Shown: piece by piece, positions 14,195 through 28,146 of the stretch
Position numbering within the stretch: the stretch's first letter is position 1
Layout: each line of letters starts with the position of its first letter
Assembly (NCBI RefSeq): GCF_000497125.1
Contig: NC_090603.1
Coordinates: 1 to 64,000 of the forward strand
DNA from: Spironucleus salmonicida
Lineage: Eukaryota
Direction of reading: 5' to 3'
Length of the DNA: 64,000 nucleotides
Translations under genes and position numbers: made by a program
The notes under the pieces: generated by a model
The model's input: only the letters and a program-made list of their open reading frames with translations
Database searches by the model: none
What the model was told of the DNA's origin: nothing

Positions 14195-15264
14195 ATGGAG
14201 TACAATATACAATCAGACGAAATTCAATTTTTGATATAAAAAACAAAAAAATACTCGGATGCAACCGTCCGGACCCCAGGAGGTCTAAATTAAAATAATG
14301 GTTATGGTTATTTTGGACTTATGGGTTCAGCAGGAACAGTCAAAACGTATTCAATGAATAAAATAAATTAAGCATATTAGATTAAAGTAAACTATCAAAG
14401 TATAATTTAGATGACCCTTATTTAAACAATTGAGCTATAACTCATACATTCTTCTTAAGTCCAACTATCGATTGTGATTAAACTTATTAAATATCAAAAA
14501 CCAAAGATAATAGAATTAATATACCCTTTGTTGATTCGAATGGAAGGACATCAAAATAAAAGTTATTAATGTTATGCCAAGAATTATAGAAAATGAAAAC
14601 CATTATAAATCTATCATTGATAACATAAGATTAGATACGAACTACTTTAAAAGATAAAGAAATTAAAAAATGGAGATCAAAAACTATTCTTTCAAGTTTT
14701 TAAAAATATACTTTCACAATTCGAATGGGTAAAGCAATATTATTAAGAATGTTTAGTTTTATAGAAAGATTGCTTAGGTGATGATGTTGATTAGTATACG
14801 TAGTTGCTGTATGAATAAATTGGATTGCGTTATAATAAATATTAGATACGAATATAAAAATAGTTTTATTATTAGATGACATGAGTGGAAGTTCAGTATT
14901 TCAAACTACAACTGAATCTGATTTCTATAAACTAATTATTTAAAGAATATATCTTGGAATTTGGGGGACCATTTCATGTTTGCATTCTATTAAGAAATTG
15001 TATGGACCTTTTAGATAGTTGTTTACAACTTTCTTGTTAATGAACGGTCTCAAGGAAGAACATATAAAAGATATCTTTAAGGATATTGGAAGGATAACAA
15101 GTTAAGAATTCGAATCAAAATAGTTTATTGAATTGTATGATAGATCCATTGATTATTTTGGAAACGACTATTCGAAGAGAGGCTAATTCAAATATAGTTT
15201 TTTATATATAATTATTTAACCAGACCCAATGATCTTTATAAACTTTGATAAGCAAGTTAAGTGA
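14195..15264 (+). pseudogene. A32-like (FtsK-HerA) viral DNA packaging ATPase, frameshifted
   Basis: Ordered motifs: YFGLMGSAGTVKT (decayed Walker A, ~14324-14347), THTFFLSPTIDCDQTY (~14445-14490), IVLLLDDMSG (Walker B, ~14860-14890), QRIYLGIWGTISCLHS (decayed RH motif), FRQLFTTFLL, and C-terminal YSFLYI...FINFDKQVK-TGA; the motifs fall in different frames. Confidence 0.72.
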
Positions 15265-16274
15265 ATATCTGTTAATTTTTATCTATATTTAAAAGATAGT
15301 ACCTTCATTTTTTAACCAAAGAAATGGTGAAGTTCATAAACGCAAAACTGCTGATTGAAGAAAAAGAGATGACCTAGCTTTCATCGAATTAGTAATAAAT
15401 AATGAACTCATAAAGATAAATAAGAAAGCTAGTACTAAATAGAAATTTGAAAGTAATAACGTATGTAGCAAAGTTGAATAAATAAGATTGCTTAATAAAG
15501 ATAGAGAAGTAATAGTTGTACTACCTTAAGAACTTGCACAATAGAACTATTATCATACTCCTGATGTACTTAGCACTATGCAAGAGTATAGTAAGTTTAT
15601 AATAATTAATAAGATTGAAACATATCAATTTGGCTCATACTATAAACAAATCTAATATTTATTAACTAAAGATGAAGTGAAAACTATTTAAAATATTTAA
15701 CCAGCTTCAAGACAACTATATTTCTGATTCAAAAGGATCCAAACAAAAAAAACAAAAGATCAAGTTCAGGAAAAGTACGAGTAGCCAGGGTTTAGAAAAT
15801 CATTCTGACGAAATTTTCTGTTACTTAAAATTGAGTTCGTCACCTCGGAATCTATTAAGTTAAACAATAAATCAAAGAAAAGAATTCTAATGACATTAGA
15901 AGACAGCGAATGAATCATCACTTTACTAAACTGACTGCATACTAAACTAATTCATCGCATGATATTTTCCCATAAAGCTCACTGCACTCAACACCTCCAA
16001 TTTTTTTTTGAGAATTATTCCTCCAATAACAGTTATACACTGGGACTTGCCAGCTAAACTGCATACAAGGCTCCACAGACATGTGACGGTGCATTCCCAC
16101 CGCCCGCATATTTTACGATATTCGTTAATGAAGGATTTACCTTTTCCGAGACTTTCTGAGCACAGTTCATTTTTCAAGATATATACAAAATATAGCAAAA
16201 CACATTTTCCGAGTAAACATTTACACAATATTATACATTAATTCTTATATATTATCCCCTGCCACATTTGAAAA

Positions 16275-16600
16275 ATGCTTTCCCTGTCATACGAGATCTC
16301 GGAATCCAGTACTACGATTTTCGTAGCATTCGCGCTGCCCCCACAGTTGTTGCCAACAGATATTGAGATCACGCTCACAGACTCCTAACTTCGCTGATCG
16401 CGCCCTCGCACCAGCTCGTGCTGGACTTCGCGCACCGCGTTTCGCCCAAAAACTCGGTATGCAGGGTCAAGAAGCAACAGCTGATGCTCGAGATCCAGAA
16501 GGAGGTGGACGGGAGCTGGGGCGAAATCGTCCGGTACCTCGCGCAGAGCTAGCAGCTCGCGGTCAGGAACGCCGCGTTCCGGCATCTGCACAGATGACGT
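16275..16600 (+). pseudogene. CS (p23-like) domain gene fragment, DNAAF4/DYX1C1-like N terminus
   Basis: MLSLSYEISESSTTIFVAFALP...DIEITLTDSQLR / frameshift / LIAPSHQLVLDFAHRVSPKNSVCRVKKQQLMLEIQKEVDGSWGEI; the 'D...S......L.L.K....W..I' pattern is typical of CS domains. Confidence 0.55.
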
Positions 16601-16699
16601 GCCACTCGATGAAAGCAAGGAGACGCAAGATACCAATTGGAAGCTGATGTTCACCTGGGCCTTCCGCGCTCTGGAGCGAACGGTGCTGAAATATCTCGA

Positions 16700-18232
16700 C
16701 TGGTGCTACTGCAGCATACGACCACGATACTCGGAAAAGCGGATCTGGTGCTAGAAAATAGCACACGTTGGTAGTGAATTCTGGCGCAGTGCATTCACGG
16801 CGGCTTCGGGCTCTGCAAGTGCAAGCAGGAGCTCACGGGCCAGAGTATGCGGAGCTGCTCGAGGCGGACTGCCTTCAGTCGAATTCGAGCATTCTTATGC
16901 ACTCGTTCGTGTTTCAGTGCACAGAAACTGGCAGCGGGTACACAATTTCGACCGTCACGAGGGGCCTCTGTGTGCGGCACTTCTCGGCAAAGGTGTTGAT
17001 TTCGGGAGCGGCTGCCGTGAGGGGGAGCGAGCATTCAGGTACTCGGCGCAGCAAATGATCAACATGGACGGGTAGCCGCCTGGGAAGAACGTGGAATCCT
17101 GGGTTCTGGCGCTATCGGTCTGACTATGGCCCACAAGTGCACTTTGGAGGGCGCGCGCTTTGGGCGTCTACGGGCTCTTACCGCGCTGCTCTGGCCTTTA
17201 GCGAAATGTCGAATAGTGCTTAACCGATTTCGGAATTCCGCTCCATCTGTCTACCACGGTTGTAAATCTAGTTGGGGAAACTCGGGTTACCGCGGTGGAC
17301 CTTGCTCCGGTGGATCCTGTAACTTTGCAGCCAGATCTCACGAAAACTACAAGGCTCGAATGCGACTGTTTGTTACTCTCGGTTGGCCTTATTCCGCAGG
17401 CTAAAGTTGCCGTTACTTTGGGTGGAAACGTGAATCCAAAAACCAGGCTTATAGAGGTTGATTCGTTCAAACGTGTTAGTGGGCGCTTCTTTACAGCCGG
17501 AAATTGCCTTTAGGTTCATGATTTGGCGGATGATGCCGCCGAAGAGGGCATGATGCTGGAAGAGCTGCCGCTCTTCTTTTGGAGACATCTGTAGCCCCTG
17601 GTACGCTGGTTGTACAAACTGATGAAAACGTATTGTTCTCTGTGCCGCAATTCCTTATCAAAGAGCTCGATTCATAGTCAATAAGCATCCGTGTCAATAA
17701 GATTCTTGGGAGATGCAAAGTTGTGGCGAGATGCGGATAACAATTGTGGGGGAGACTGAGGTTGCTCACGCCGTTCCAGCGGAGATGGTTCACGTTCGTA
17801 TAAAGAAAGTTGACAGTAATGTATCTATCGCAATTGAAAAGTTAGAAGAAGTGGAGGTTGATAAATCTCAAAGATAGATCACGTGTATTGTATGTCCTAA
17901 TGGGTGCAATATGCTTGTAAAAATCGGGAATACCAATGATATCGAAGAGATCACAGGCAATTAATGCAAATCCGGCATTAGCTACGCTAGATAAGAAATT
18001 GTTGAGCCGTTTAGAACATTTTCTACATCTATTGCAATAGAGAATGGCGAGACGACTAGACTTCCTGTAAAGCTTTCCAAGCCTATCCCTAGAAATAAAC
18101 TTATAGAGGCAGCTAAGAAAATAAGGCAATGCGTTGTAAAGGCCCCCATTATGATGGGCGATGTCGTACTTAAGGGAATTTTCGGCTCAAAGGTTGTAGC
18201 CTGCGCAGTGTCTTAGAAAAATGACATAGTGA
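16700..18232 (+). pseudogene. Bacterial-type NAD(P)/FAD-dependent oxidoreductase fused to DUF1667 (C-terminal part of a diplomonad-type fused glycerol-3-phosphate dehydrogenase); 5'-truncated, several frameshifts
   Basis: ILAQCIHGGFGL..KQELTG/PEYA, INMDGQPPGKNV/ILGSGAIGLTMAHKCTLEGA, SGLQRNVEQCLTDFGIPLHLS, ECDCLLLSVGLIP, FTAGNCLQVHDLADDAAEEG, then ITCIVCPNGC...ITGNQCKSG..YARQEIVEPFRTFSTS...LPVKLSKPIP...APIMMGDVV (DUF1667). Confidence 0.88.
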
Positions 18233-19869
18233 TAAGTTTTTATTTCTCGCTTAAATATTCAATCCGTTTACAGTAATGTGATGTAGACCAGCAGAAAATT
18301 GGTTAATATTAAATTTAGCATAATTTCAGTCTATTCTAATTACACTTAATTAAATTTCATTATAAATAATGTATGACTCCTCATGTTGCACCATATACTG
18401 TGCTTAGTCTGCAATCTTGTCAAAACTCATCTTATCAATAACTATTATAAATACATTAGTAGTCGTCACCAATATGCATCTGTACTAATTACATTAGTAT
18501 TTACATTCTAATAAGCCTTAACATTCTTGAAAAGGAATTCTTACTGTTTCTAGCCTAGTGCTCTTTTGTTATATAAATATGTTACTATGCTCGAACATTC
18601 TCACACCATACAAATTGTTAGTAATGTTCATATATAGCAAAATCAATTAATTTATCCTAACATAAATTTCATATTAGAAGAAACCCAATCCAGTTGCGTT
18701 AAATACAGTATTATACGATAAAGCCTATGAAATGATATGCAAATAATACCACTCTATATATCTCTCTACACATATTTAAATGGTATATACTCAAAATCGT
18801 GATATTATTAAGTACGAAACTGTCCAAAAATACATCACTGCTATGTATTACAAGTTTTTGATCCATTATAGTTTGTATCTAGAACTCAAACTGTTTCAAG
18901 AATATTGCTTGGAAAATGAAATTGTGCTCAATATTTTTGAAAGCAGCAATGGTTATTATTTTACATTATTAAACGCACAAAGGGGTGCATAAATAGTTGG
19001 GCAGTTATTGATAAGCTTTTGAAAAATTTAGGTTAAATTATTGATATATAGCGTTTCAGATAACGTATTTCGTGGATATAACTATTATGAGTAGTCGAAA
19101 TCGTTGTTGCGTCAGTAATAATCTACCGGTAGGTTAAATAAGCAATAAGTTTTATAGTTTGCATAGTTTATTACCTCATGTATGCGATGACTTTATAGGC
19201 TAAAAAAGACTAGTGACGATGTTTCGGTATAATCTTTTTAAATATTTCTATCAATAACTATTATATAGCAAATAAGTATGTTCCTTCAATAGCAATCTCT
19301 CCAAGTATAGCTATTTCATGTAATAGGATGCTATATATTTATCTGAATATAATTATATTAGAGTACCTAAATTTAATTATAAAAATTTCAAAACCTGCAT
19401 ACTATTATCGAGATAATATGACATATGTAAGTATTATTCTTGTTATTCGCGATTTGAATTTGAATTTCGCAATTATCGTAAGACTATGAAAAACGCAAAC
19501 CTGGTTCTAAGTGCACTGATAGCCTTGCCAAGCCTGATCAATACACCTCTAACTACAAAACTGATCCAAATGTGAGATTATATATTTTTCTTCCTTCGCT
19601 ACTGCTGACAGTTCTATCTGTCCAGCCTACTTACTGGTACTTGTATACAAAGATAAACTGCGTGTTGCTTGGTATTCTAGGTGATTGTACTTGTATAGTT
19701 GATATGATTTCTTATTATTCACCCAATTCGTTTTGGACTCGACAATGTATTATCAGTCAGTTCCGCTCTAACCAACTTTATTGGCATGGCCCTTGGAGTC
19801 CATACTTCCAGCTGCTCCTTGCATGACAAAATTTTATTTATTTCCTCTTTCGTAGTAGCTAATATTCAT

Positions 19870-21500
19870 AGATATTTATGATCAATATGTTTCTTTATAG
19901 ATCTAGTATTTCTTGCCACAGAAACTTGTAACGCTAGATACTGCTCGAGGAAAGCTGACAACCAATAGACACGCACTACCACCATACGACAGCGAAATAT
20001 TATATTTCCTCGCTTTGAGATGTCAGTCGAGAGTCTGTATATGCGCCTCTTCAGACAATCCTCTATCCTGATAATTTGCATGCTTGCAGGCTGGGTATTC
20101 GCAACACTGAAGATCTAGATCTTATTCTACACTAACATACAATATAAATGGGTATAGTAAGCAAGCTACAACTCCTATGTGGCGATTTGTTTTCAAAAAC
20201 TTGAAAAGTATATGAATGCAAGTCGTTTAAAAGTTTTAAATAACATATAAATCCTCAGAAGTACTACAATATACACTACCTGCTGCCTATCTACATTTGC
20301 CATGTGTATCTTGACCTACTGCACTACTACATTATCTGCGTTGGTATTCAGCATTCCTAACCACTGTCAGCGGATGTTGTCTGTAATTTTATTAAAAGTC
20401 CACGTGTATCTTCGGAGGAAGAAAGGCCATCTCACAACAGTCATCAGCTACCTGCTGCTCAACCCATAAGTTGTGTACTATGCATGGTATGCTGGAATTC
20501 GTTTCTACAATAATTATGGATTTCGCGCTGTCCAGTTTATTGCTGTAATATGCTTCTGCGTCACGGGGCCTCCTAACCAGATTCTCTTCCCCTATTATGG
20601 TAATTTGACTTACCTGAGTATCATCATAGTATGCCTGTAGCATTATTTCCTACTTAAGTTGTAAGTAACATAACTGCAATTAGGCTGCGTGAAACTTCCT
20701 GCATCCTTTGATAACATTATTACTGGTCGACCGATCGCCAAATAATAGTTTCAGATGCACTAAGTATGAATATGGTCAGGAACGTCACATGGTGCGTCTT
20801 GTATATCGGTTTTACCTCCAGAATCGAGGTACATTCCAGGAGGCGAGAATTATAGGAATTCTAATCTTCTAATAATGCGTAGCATGCTTAGTCATTATAT
20901 TAACTCCTTACGGTATCACAATACTAGCATACGGAAACAAGTTACTGTTGCTAGAAATAATTTGTCTGCTCTATTAACCTACAGCTACCTACTGGCAAAT
21001 AGTTTACATGACTGTGTTTTAAGTATTACGAAGGATATCCAGCTATTTTGATCTGTCAAAGTCATGTTACCTAATCACAGCACTGACGGTTAACTCAAAC
21101 CTAGAAGTTATGGCCAGCCTTAACCAAGAAATATAAAGGGACTCGATGCCTTAGTTGTGCCGGGAACGAAGATTACTGGTAATGGCAAAAACTGCAGATA
21201 GAATGTTTCATCATTAATGTATCGTAAATCAGCTCTATGCCAGTATGGTGCATTTGCAACCACTTTAATCAGCAAAATACACTATCGTGTTAAATCACTA
21301 CTCCTTCTAATTGAAATTGCAGGCACCAATATATGTTAAGCTTAAATTCAGCACCACTATCCTAAATTTTTTAAATTTGCAGATGCGCTACTGGTCCAGC
21401 ACAAAATTGCCATACCGCTCTGTTAATACTCCCGGAGTAGTACATGAAGCTAGACTTTCAGCACAGAAATTCAATTTTTCAAAATAACATGAGCCGCACA
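19870..21500 (-). pseudogene. Possible decayed hypothetical gene
   Basis: Coding-like composition and partial open stretches (e.g. 20392-20643) interrupted by TGA stops or frame changes; no family recognised, limits approximate. Confidence 0.25.
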
Positions 21501-22035
21501 TTTACATATTTTGGGTATCTACATTGTACTTCAGATCGGTTTGCCGTACCAGGCTGTCTTTTATCACTTGATCAGCAATTTGAGTTAAGATGGTAAATGT
21601 GCTTGAAACGGAAACGAGCAAACTTTCTCGACGGTTATAATGTAAATATGTGTCATCTTAGGCAGCAAAAAGGCCAGTGCAGAAGAATGTTTAGCACACT
21701 CGACCAAGCATATTCATCATTATAAACAATGATCACAATTGACCTCAAATGCAGCATCCAATATTTAGCAATTGAAGCGCTGAAGCAAAGTAGTTCTTGT
21801 AAAATATCATGTAGCCAGAATGCTTAAAAATTATCTGAACACTGAGATGTTTTACAGAGTTTTGATCTATTCTTAAAACCTTACTCATTTGGAATAGCTA
21901 ATTTCAAGTTTAGGAAACTGTTCAAAATTCTAGAATATGATATATATGAAACGGTTAATATAAATAAGCAGTTATTTAGCCCACCAGTTTCCCCATGCAG
22001 CGACCTCAAGCAGTAGAACCAATGAACCCTCACTT

Positions 22036-25000
22036 TCACTCAAGAATTATCACGTGGACGACGCCTTCCTTGATGGCCACTATAACAGCTTTGAGTCGTA
22101 TGAACGTTTCCAGTAAGTTCTCTTTGGATTCGTAAATAGTCTCGAAACAATCCTCCTTAAAAGATGTTCTCTACCTTCTCGTAATAGACATTTAGTATTA
22201 ATATTTTACTTTAAATGTAAAAGCTCCATCATCAAATTATAGTAACGCGTATGCTGCATCAAAAACTTCGTCTTCCTTCTTTTGCAGGAATTCGATTTCG
22301 CGCTCGGAGAGCTCGCTTATATACTTGTCCTTTGCAGCTTGGCATAACGTATGGTATTGCGATATGGAGGCATCCTCAACAGTCTACTCTTCAGACTTGG
22401 ATGGCTCTGGAACAACGAACTCCGAGTGGTCAGGTGCAAGCTAATTTACCACTAGAATTTGGCCTTCGACTGCGATAGGGAAAAGTGTTATATTAAGCAA
22501 GTACGACATTACAGTGCTTGTACCAAGGTCAAATTTTGCTAACATAGGATTGCTTAAAAATCTATACTAAATACTATTTTCAACACGGCAGCTTTCTACC
22601 GTTAATATTAAAGAGTTAATTTGTTCAATGGTAATTTGTATGGGGTTTTCAGTGCACGTATTAAATTTGTTCGGGATCCAGGCAACATTGGTTTACAGTC
22701 TGATTGCTGGCGATGCGACTTCTAAAGTTTCGTATAAGTTTCCTAGCTTCTAGAAAAGGTGCTAATGTTAGTTTACGATGATGTGCATAGACACCGAAGA
22801 CTCCTTATTATTTGCATCACTTTTGTTAATTTTGACAGCTTCGAAGAGAAATAGCTTTGGATTTGCAGTCCTCAGCACACTTCGTATATTTTACTATCTT
22901 GGAATTAGGAAGTAGTTCTAACCCCAAAAGCAGTCCACATGAATTTCATATTCAGGGGAAAAACCCTACTTCTATATTGAAGATTAGATACCATACTAGA
23001 AATAACATTTATAATACCATATTTTTTAAAATTCGTCAAACACGTTTATCTACTGCAAATAGCTACCTATGGAGTAATCTTAATTGCTAAATTATGTGAA
23101 TGATAGATGTGCACATTGTTAGACTCCACTTAACCTTTCTTAGTCGTATTCGATATCTTATTCATCATTGTGCAGTGCATGCCCATTTTTATGGAATAGA
23201 ACTATTTATGTAACCGTAGTTTTTTATTTGCTAGAAATTTAGAAGCACAAAGCAACTTCTATATCCTTTTATTTGGTAGAAACTTCTTCAGGGATGTGAT
23301 TTCCAGATTCAATCAAGAAGTTGAGGCTAGAAAATTGATAACCGTTGTTACTGTGAGCGTTAATGGACAGAAGTCTTTAATCACTGAAGTCTATGACTTA
23401 TTAGTCTCTGACCCCAAAAAGTGAAATCAAATAGTCTGGCATTGGAGGCAGTGGCTTAAAAAACACATTTGAAATGTGATTCTTATCAACAATTGTTATA
23501 ATAGCGAGTTTTTAACCTGCTTTAATCTAGCCTATTGATAGCAATTTTGCATAACATATTCCCGCATTATCAATAGCATGTTAAAAGAATTCCTACAGCG
23601 TGGGAGATTTTGCATTGAAAAATTTATCAAATGACTGTTGCAGGAACATGAAACATGCTTCTTTGAATAGAGATTTAAGCTATTTATATAATGTGTCTAA
23701 CTTGATTTCTGTAACAGCAGTATATTTGTAATAGGGATTTTCGTATATCTCCAAAAATTAGGAATCTTTACTGATTTAATTCATCAGAAGCTTCATACCT
23801 GTCTCATAATCAGAATTTTAGCATAATGAAACAATAAGAAGTAGCGCCGCTGATATTTCAGATACTTGTTGTTAGTTAAGTTAGCATAATATCTGTTAGG
23901 CACCACACGACTGTTATACAAGATCTTCATCTGTTAATGTAGTTAGTATAGCTAAATCTTCAAGAAATTTTTAACTCATGGTGAAACTAAGAATAAACAC
24001 TACTTCTCTATTTAGGGAGGACGATGAAGTCAGACGCAAGTTATTATTAAAATCTTAAATGGATTATGATTTTAAAATTTTATTCAGTGCCAATCTGTTA
24101 CTACCTAACGAGGTTGCACCAACTTACTTATCTTCTCTTTCTATAAATAATGAATTTAAAATCTATCTATGAGATGATAAAATATTTAGGTCAATAATTT
24201 TTTCACCAATGTTATACTAATACTATCGTGTAGAGTTAAATAAATATTTAGATGTTGAATTTTTGATTATTATTTAAGGGCAAATAAGTGGGCATAAGAA
24301 TTAAAGCTCTGCAGCTAGTTCCGGTACCATCGTGAGGTAGAAGTCCTTGATGTTCATATTTTTTACCTTATCGTTTACTTATTGTCTCATAGAATCGTCA
24401 GTCTAGGTTGTAATTCGCATATCTTTGTAGTAGCTTTAGGTCAGACAAGAAGGGTGCATCTAGGAGGTGCCAAGGATATTTGACTGTGTATACGGAGTTT
24501 TACCTCTACTATTTTCGGAAGTATAAAGAAACTAATTTTATCTGAGGAAGTTTATAAGGGCTAGATCAGTTCCTGCAGCCAGGAGGTGAGTTACTTTTAC
24601 TGAGATAAAGGGTATTTCTGCATATATTTTACAATCTGGAAATATTATCTTAACTCCAAATTCACCAATAAAAAAGTCAATAAGCTTCTATTCATCTTAT
24701 AAGTTTCTACCTATGTAATCATTTAGTTTATCTTTAACCTCGATTGACTTATGAAATGAACTAATGGTATCAGCTCCTTAATTCATAACAGAAGAAACGT
24801 TTCGCCAGAATATAGTCTCGATCCCACGCGGGTTGTACAGCATAAGAAGGAACTAGTAGAGTTTCTCTCTAAATACTTCCAACGTAGTATATTTTGTAAT
24901 ATCTGACATCATTTCCTAGAATGACTCTTTTACTGTTTATGACTCTCTAAGGTTGATAAAATTTGGTGACGAAATGCCCATTAGATCAATAATTTTATAG

Positions 25001-27087
25001 GCTTTGCAGTTTTTGAATAGCTCAGATGATATTAGCGTCAGGAAGTATCGTTACACCTCTGTAGGGTCACTAATGATTTGTGTTATTTTTTGATCTGCTT
25101 CTTTCAAGTATAAAGACTTGTTATTATAATCAACTGGATCTGCTTTCGAATTATGTTCACGCATCTCTAACCAGTTTAATAATTATTCTACTTATTCAGA
25201 CGATTACAATTTGACTTTCTTAACAACTTCTTCAATGCTCGATTTTGCATTTTCCATAAATTTGTCAACGAATTAGTAGGTTATTCTGACTAGTGCGCTG
25301 GTGCACAATGCATATTTGCCCTTTTGTTAGGTCATACACTCATCGACTAAGAGCATGACTTCCTTATTGGAGTTATACGATTCAACATTATCGGACTAAA
25401 TCGAAGTTTTTTATGTTGCATAATAGTCTGTACGCTACTACAATATCCCAATTTATTACTCTATAGCTCTAATACTGTCTTCATATTTTTTAATCTCTTT
25501 CTATTTTTTACTCTTATCTTCTTAATTTAGTGTATCTATTATTTTTTTAGCGAAGTCTCTTTCATGTATAAACTTCTAAATTTCATCATTTAAAGCTTGT
25601 GTAGTTGATTATAATACTTGTTTAGTTTATTCTAATTGCTCGCTCGGATCAAATTTAAAAAAATCAAGCAGGCCGGTCACAGAAAATTCACAAAATACTG
25701 ACGTACCCTACAAATACAACTCAAACGCACCCTCAAGTTATTATTAGGCAGTATGCATATCATATGTTTTGATTAGGTTGAAACACTCTGTTTTAACATA
25801 AGCCATCGTTTTAGAATATTCAACTCCATCTTTCAAATTACTACTAATAACATCTCCAAGGTCAGTTTGACTTTGATAAGCGGAAAATAAAGTTTTTAGT
25901 TTTTAATCCATCTCGATAGAACCTCTATTATATAAAGGCTGCGTTTTCAGATCATGTGAATCTTTTGTGAATCCAGTGTTGATCAATATGGGAATTTTCA
26001 GCCCCGAGAACAGGTTGAAGTAGAAGATGGTGTGCAGGGTGACGGTTTTCCCGCTCCTCGAGCTCTGGCTCATAACAGCATTTTCGAGGGGGAAGAATGC
26101 TGAGAACACCGCAAAGTACTGCGCCTTGAACAGGTAGGACACGTCGCACATTTGCTGGAAGATGAACTTGTTGGTACCATCAAATTTAAATAAATCTATT
26201 AAATGTATTGGGAGCTCAAAGATATTCTTGAAGACTTAAGTGATACTATCGAATGTAAAATTCTTGATCTTCTTATTTCCATTATTGCCTAAAATAGTAG
26301 CCTTATATTAAATCTCAGATGGAACGGTTGCAGTAGTATACACTTCTTATGCATGATGAATATAAACCTGAGGGAAATTTGGATCAAGAATTTCTTTATC
26401 AATATCCTTATTTTTAATATAAACAGTATCTTTAACAATACTTTCCATATCCTATTTTTAATATTAAATAATTTAATTGTAAATAATGTAGGCGCTATAG
26501 CCTAGTATCATTGGCAGGAGATGCGCATATTGCTATTATTTATGGGCAGCCAAGCCAATTCGCTCCAAAATAACCAATTTCATGGAATAGGACATTTTAT
26601 CATCAAACTGGAAGTTGCTCAATCCCTCCATGGTGTCTAGCTACTGAGAGTCGATTCTGGGGAAGTCTGATACTATAATCATCTAATGGGTTGACTTCTA
26701 TAACAAAATATCATTATATTCATTAAATGACATAGTGGAAAACCCCATTTGAAGGGACAACGAAGCCAAGTTACGCCAGTATTCAGATACTGATATACTA
26801 TGTTCCTTCAGTTCGTCTTGTACCACGATCAGTTGGATGTTACTTCTGAGTAGCAGGCCTTGTCTATGCTGCCACATGAAGAGGTGCAGTAGGCTGAGGG
26901 TTTCAACAGTATCAATGGCTACTTTTAGGTAACATACGGCATCGCCAACTTCGCTTATCTTAAATTAAATTCCGATAAATGAAAACACCACATCCTATTG
27001 AAGCTCCAGCAGATCTTTGTCTAGAGAGGAAAAAGTGAGCTAGGTAGGTTTAGCTTCGGACTTGGTATTCTAGTCTTGATCGGTCAT
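22036..27087 (-). CDS. Giant P-loop NTPase, AAA-ATPase-like family, paralogue 2 (~1683 aa, table 6)
   Basis: Translated in one frame from MTDQDQNTKS... to ...VAIKEGVVHVIILE-TGA (GAGTGA). FELPIHL...FQQMCDVSYLFK, Walker A-like NAVMSQSSRSGKT, Walker B VMLLVDEC, DLMGISSP, LYNPRGIETIFW, GTDLALIN, LQFLCPLICP, all shared with paralogues 1 and 3. Confidence 0.87.
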
Positions 27088-28073
27088 TTAAGGAGTGATA
27101 ATAAAATTTATATCTAAATATTATTAATTAAGTATAATATAATATATTGTATAGAATAATATTATGCTTATTCTGGTAGTGAATATGAAAAATACCATTC
27201 ACAAATAATTCAATCAAATTATGTCATAAATAATAGACATGTATCATGTATAGTGTAAGAAAACATAGATAATATCTTCTTTCATCAAGTATCAGATAAA
27301 CTTTTAGTTTTCATTTTATATGCTATGTCTGTGTTCATAACGTATTGTAATATGCTACAGTAACTAAACTGATTGATAACATTGTAACTGAAATATTGTT
27401 TACCAAATCATTTAGTCTAATATCACTATTATGAAATATTCTCAAATATTAAATTGAAAATGAATTACGCCAGATAAGAAGCACTATAAAATATTTTCAA
27501 CACAATAATTATATTGCTTACGCAATAGTAAATTATAGAATATTATGATTATGTAAAACAAGAGCAGAATAACTAATGTTTAGTTATGGCATCGACCAAA
27601 CATAAGGTAAAATAATTTTTCACTACTCTTAAAATTTCTCCGTATGTTTCAACATTTATATATATTCTGATTTACAGGATAAAAAGTATTTCCTGCTCTC
27701 AAATAGTATTATTATTTAGATTATTCTAAAGTTTTTTGAGTAAATTTCGCTCTAACACCCTGAGATAAATTTAAGCATATTATTAAAGCAATATTAGAGT
27801 GAAATAACTTCATAAATATTATTAAAATGATTATTTTTATTATATTAGATTTGTTTAGATTCAAATAGACTATAATTAGAAATATATTATGATAAGTATG
27901 TGCAATATTATTTCTTATCTCATACTAACTTTGTTACTTATATAAAATATTATATTCAATATAGATTATATTAATATAAACATCATAACTTGTGTTTCTG
28001 GTGAATTTCTCGTTACTTTTCATTATAATGTGATCCGATATTCAGCGAACATTTCCCAGTTATGATAATAAGC

Positions 28074-28146
28074 TAATTATTAATTAATTAATTAATTAAT
28101 TAATTAATTAATTAATTAATTAATTAATTAATTAATTAATTAATTA
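28074..28146. repeat. (TTAA)n self-complementary microsatellite, ~17 units
   Basis: Direct read: ...TAATTAATTAATTAATTAA... Confidence 0.95.

Larger units (their letters stand above)
13289..15950 (+). mobile_element. Degenerate Polinton/Maverick-like (endogenous DNA virus) fragment
   Basis: Tightly packed, co-oriented, AT-rich broken ORFs around the A32 ATPase. No polymerase, integrase or terminal inverted repeats recognised; boundaries approximate. Confidence 0.5.

Noticed and set aside
14300-14360. PIF1/Helitron helicase from the GSAGTxKT motif
   Set aside because: Downstream SPT, LLLDD and FLYI..NFD motifs and the ~350-codon size fit an A32 ATPase; no SF1 helicase motifs or Rep domain seen.
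18369-19560. Plus-strand coding-like stretch
   Set aside because: The frames checked are interrupted by TGA and no family is recognisable.
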